Shown here in pieces: positions 38,384 to 41,608 of a stretch of 41,608 bases of DNA (position 1 is the stretch's first letter; every line of letters begins with the position of its first letter). This DNA is from Pelomyxa schiedti (Eukaryota > Protista > Evosea), in the NCBI GenBank assembly GCA_020536535.1, contig JAHLWZ010000324.1, positions 1 through 41,608 on the forward strand, written 5' to 3'. The notes beneath the pieces are model-generated. The model saw only the letters and a list, made by a program, of their open reading frames with translations, was not told where the DNA came from and made no database searches. Both the position numbers and the translations under genes were made by a program.

Positions 38384-38548
38384 CTAAACTCATTTGAATA
38401 ACAAATTTTTGATTCTGACCTTTTGACAATAGTTTCCTTGATATATATATGAACAGGAAGGTTGAGAAAATTCTACTGGAGTGGGGGCGGTTTTCTGGTG
38501 CCTTTCCAAAGTGAATGTGAGATTGAATTACATTATAGAAGACACACC

Positions 38549-40144
38549 TTAAGGTCCTCTGTCATTTCCTTGTTTTTGGTCTGATTTTGTATTCTCCGTT
38601 GTTTCAGTTATCTTGAAGGTAAGGCGTGGAGGTAGTGGTTCTTTTCTGTGGCCCCCCAAGGAGTAAATAGTCTTCCAGCCTTCAAAGCAGCGCACTTTGC
38701 TGGTTGTGTGTGGCCTACCATTAGGCATAGCGGAGCATGTTACCTTTGGTAACATGGTAAATAAATAGAACTAATTCCGGATGTGACATGAGACATGATA
38801 ATTATTAATTAGGGATGTGTTGAGATACACACGAAATGAATTGGGATGGGGAAGTACCATAAATGATCTGAATGTTGGTGTCGGACTTACATAATTTACT
38901 GACAAAGCAATGTGGAAACGCCCTCCCCAGGTTACTTTGATATCCATAGAAGTGTCTGCAGTGATTGGTACGGTGCAACTGCGGGTGTTTGCTCCCTCGT
39001 TCAGTCCTTCAACCTTCACCAGAATAGATTTATCCTTCTCAACGCGAGCCTGAATCAGTGGATCCACTGGGGTAACTAAGGTTTGGGGCAAACAACATAT
39101 AACCAACCTGCTTTTTCTAGCAACTGAAATTGGTGACACACAAGGGAAAGCTTCTTCGTTTCGTGGCACGGAACCATGCGAAATATTTCCATCATAACAG
39201 CATGTGGTAAGTCGAAAATATTGACTCCTAGATTATTACGTTACCAACTTCGATAGTCTTAGAGTTAACATACGGCTTTCCATCATAGTGTCTGCAATTT
39301 GCGTCATCTTCATTTGAGAATGTATACCACTGAGCTCCTGCAGGGTGGCTTTAATTATTCCCTATGCCAAACGTGAGGTTTCATTGTTGGATGATATTGT
39401 GTCTTGAACCTCAGCAGATCTGAAGCCACGTCGTTCACTAACATCGCCGCTTGCTATCTGACCCAAATGTGAACATTGGAACATGCCGAATTACATTAAT
39501 ACCTTGCGAATTTTTCGCTTTGGTCCCCTAACTTGGGGTTCTTCAGAAGGAGGGGTTGACCAGGATGCACGTTCATGAACCAAAGTCGTGAGGAGCTTAT
39601 TTTGCAAAGAGTGGATTTCTCTTCCCACTTTGTTATTCCCCCAAGATTGATTTGAGAATTTGAAGTACACGTCCTGAAGAACGGCATTCGGTTGTAGCAT
39701 TGGAATATCTCCAGGTACCTCCTGTTCTGTTTTATTATTGTTCTTCTTCTTGGAGGGCAACTTGATGGCAATCCTTCTTTGACTTGGCACAGGGATTTTA
39801 AAGGGAGTTGCAAGAGCCAGGGATGGTATCTTCTTCTTCTTCTCATAACGCAACCTTCTGTTAGGTCTATTACGCTTTGGGTGCTTTTTTGCATCCTTCT
39901 TTGTTGCCTTGCCATTCTTTTCTGGTTCAATCTTGATCTCTTTGACTCCTTTGATCTGGCCTGCCCGATCTCGCTTGCGATTGCTCTCCCTCTTCACCAC
40001 TTGAATTGGAAGTTCCTCTGTGGTTCCCACGGGCCCCCCTTGCTTGGCCTCGCCCTCCTGAGAGAATCTCGCCAGCCGACCGCCACTATCTGAGCCCGAG
40101 CCTCCCCCCGTGCGACTCACAGCCTCAGTGCACTGGGTCCCTGC

Positions 40145-40178
<34 letters not shown>

Positions 40179-40744
40179 CCCATATCCTCACCCTTCGCCA
40201 CATTTGGCCCCTCCTGCCCCTCTCCACACACCAACGAGTCTTCTCCCCTTCCAGGGTCCTCAACCTCGCCCCCATTTTCCATCCCACGACGTTCCTCATA
40301 TCTGGTATCTCGGTCTCGGTCTCGGTCTCGGTCTCTGTCACTGGTGCTAGCATTGGCACCGACACTTTTGATTTCCAGCTCCATTTCCGCTTCCGTTTCC
40401 CGGCTTGGCAATTGCAACTGCACGGCGGCGCTCCCGCCTGTGTCTGCGCCCCCGTCCTCTCGGTTCCATTGGGAGTACGCAGCGTCGGAGCCCAGCCCCG
40501 CGTCTTGTGGCTCGCGGTCGTCCGCCTTCTCCTTTTTCACGTTGGTGTCGCGCGCGGCCACGGCGGCGGCGGCGTTGGGCTCGGAGCCTGCGCCGTTCGG
40601 ACGACCTCCGGCATTGTCGTACGGCCGCTCTACGTTGAGTGTACCGTGGATGCCGCCGCTCGGCAGCAGAGCGTGGCCCGTCGGGAGAGGCAGATGTTCT
40701 TGTACGTCAACGGATTGGCGCCAACCAATGTCGTCTACCCACAT
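38549..40744 (-). CDS. Hypothetical protein with GC-rich low-complexity N-terminal half and basic NLS-like stretches; start may lie upstream (about 40940); exon structure uncertain
   Basis: 417-aa ORF 39491-40744 (RD repeats, poly-S, KKHPKRNRPNRRLRYEKKKK) followed by further minus-strand ORF blocks at 38771-39169 and 38549-38755. Confidence 0.5.
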
Positions 40745-41140
40745 TTTTTGTTCTGCTTTGATAGTGACACTCTACGCTGCCAGCACGACGCGTAGTCATC
40801 GATCTGGGTGTCTTCCCAAAAAGGACTGGGTGTGATTAAGAAAAACTTTCACACCTGCAGCTACCAGGTACAAGGTGCCTGTACAATAGAACAAGTCCCT
40901 ATCTGGGTGTGTTCCTCTGGGTACCCCAATTTGTACCATCTCCTACAACACACCACAATATACAATCCCACTCAAAAAGGAAATTGTGCTGTGAGTGGTA
41001 CTGCTGCAAAAACACAGTCAGTCACAGGCTCTTTCTTATCTGTTCCCAGCCAGCATGACACATAGCTCCCCCTTTTTTGTCAGTGGGTTACATTGGGTCA
41101 GCTTGATTGATTTGTGGGGCTCCATGAGATATTTTCAATC

Positions 41141-41183
41141 CCAGTCTAAAGTGCACTGACCTGGTTAGTGCACTTTAGACTGG
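41141..41183. repeat. 43-bp near-perfect palindrome (21-bp arms, 1 mismatch, 1-nt spacer)
   Basis: CCAGTCTAAAGTGCACTGACC-T-GGTTAGTGCACTTTAGACTGG. Confidence 0.95.
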
Positions 41184-41365
41184 TTACCCCTTCCCTTTTT
41201 TTTTCCTTTGTTTTGGTACTGTATTTGGGCTTTTTGTGTGCCCAAACACAATGAAGAAAGTGTTATTGGGGAGGGGTGTTTAAAATGGTTTGCTTGTTTT
41301 AGTACTACCTACCCCTCATACTGTAATTTATTGTTTGATTTTTTGATGTGCATATCTGGAGCCCA

Positions 41366-41513
41366 GGGGTGGTCATTTTACATAGAGGAAAAACCACAGG
41401 AAAATTGTAAAATGACCGCCCCATCGTTTTGGGGGCGGTCGTTTGACAATAAAGAAAAAATTGTAAAATGACCGCCCCATCGTTTTGGGGGCGGTCATTT
41501 TACAATTTTTTCC
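41366..41513. repeat. Tandem pair of ~55-bp hairpin units plus an upstream half-unit
   Basis: AAAATTGTAAAATGACCGCCCC-ATCGTTTTG-GGGGCGGTC(A/G)TTT(T/G)ACAAT at ~41401-41450 and ~41455-41511; half-unit GGGGTGGTCATTTTACA at 41366-41382. Confidence 0.92.
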
Positions 41514-41608
41514 TTTTAATCTCTTAATTATTTTCTTCCTTCTGGGGTCCGTGTGGTACCACACCATGCCAGAACGTGGCTGTTGGTTGCCTCAATCCTT
41601 ACGGAGCT

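Noticed and set aside
41366-41513. CRISPR-like array
   Set aside because: Only two units, no unique spacers, no cas genes, and a eukaryotic context.

Overview
Gene-dense, intron-rich eukaryotic DNA in the standard genetic code. Most introns are 35-60 nt GT-AG, and there is one 100-N scaffold gap at 532-631. Gene content and style suggest an amoebozoan-type protist, possibly Pelomyxa-like (inference only). Manual splicing gives about 20 protein-coding loci. In order: a duplicated fragment of a GPR137/TM7SF1-like gene; a PTEN-like pseudophosphatase with C2, NBR1-FW and coiled-coil domains; a DCR2-type metallophosphoesterase; a degenerate Snf2-family protein; an RCC1-BTB-BTB protein ending in CaaX; a FYVE-TBC RabGAP; DUF4140/4139; Pmp3; a His-rich VTT/DedA protein; a WD40-like protein; two tandem GH25 lysozymes; a GH1 beta-glucosidase; ANKRD13; the full GPR137-like gene; a dysbindin-like protein; a decayed ankyrin-like ORF; STIMATE/TMEM110; an ankyrin/BC-box/SEL1/CCCH protein head-to-head with an F-box protein; a hypothetical protein; and a cluster of palindromic repeats at the right end. 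The most notable item is the PTEN homolog, which naturally carries both classic inactivating or substrate-trap substitutions (D92A- and C124S-equivalents, Arg130 kept) and is fused to an NBR1-FW domain. No tRNA, rRNA or CRISPR array is evident. All exon structures are hand-inferred and gene ends are approximate where stated.
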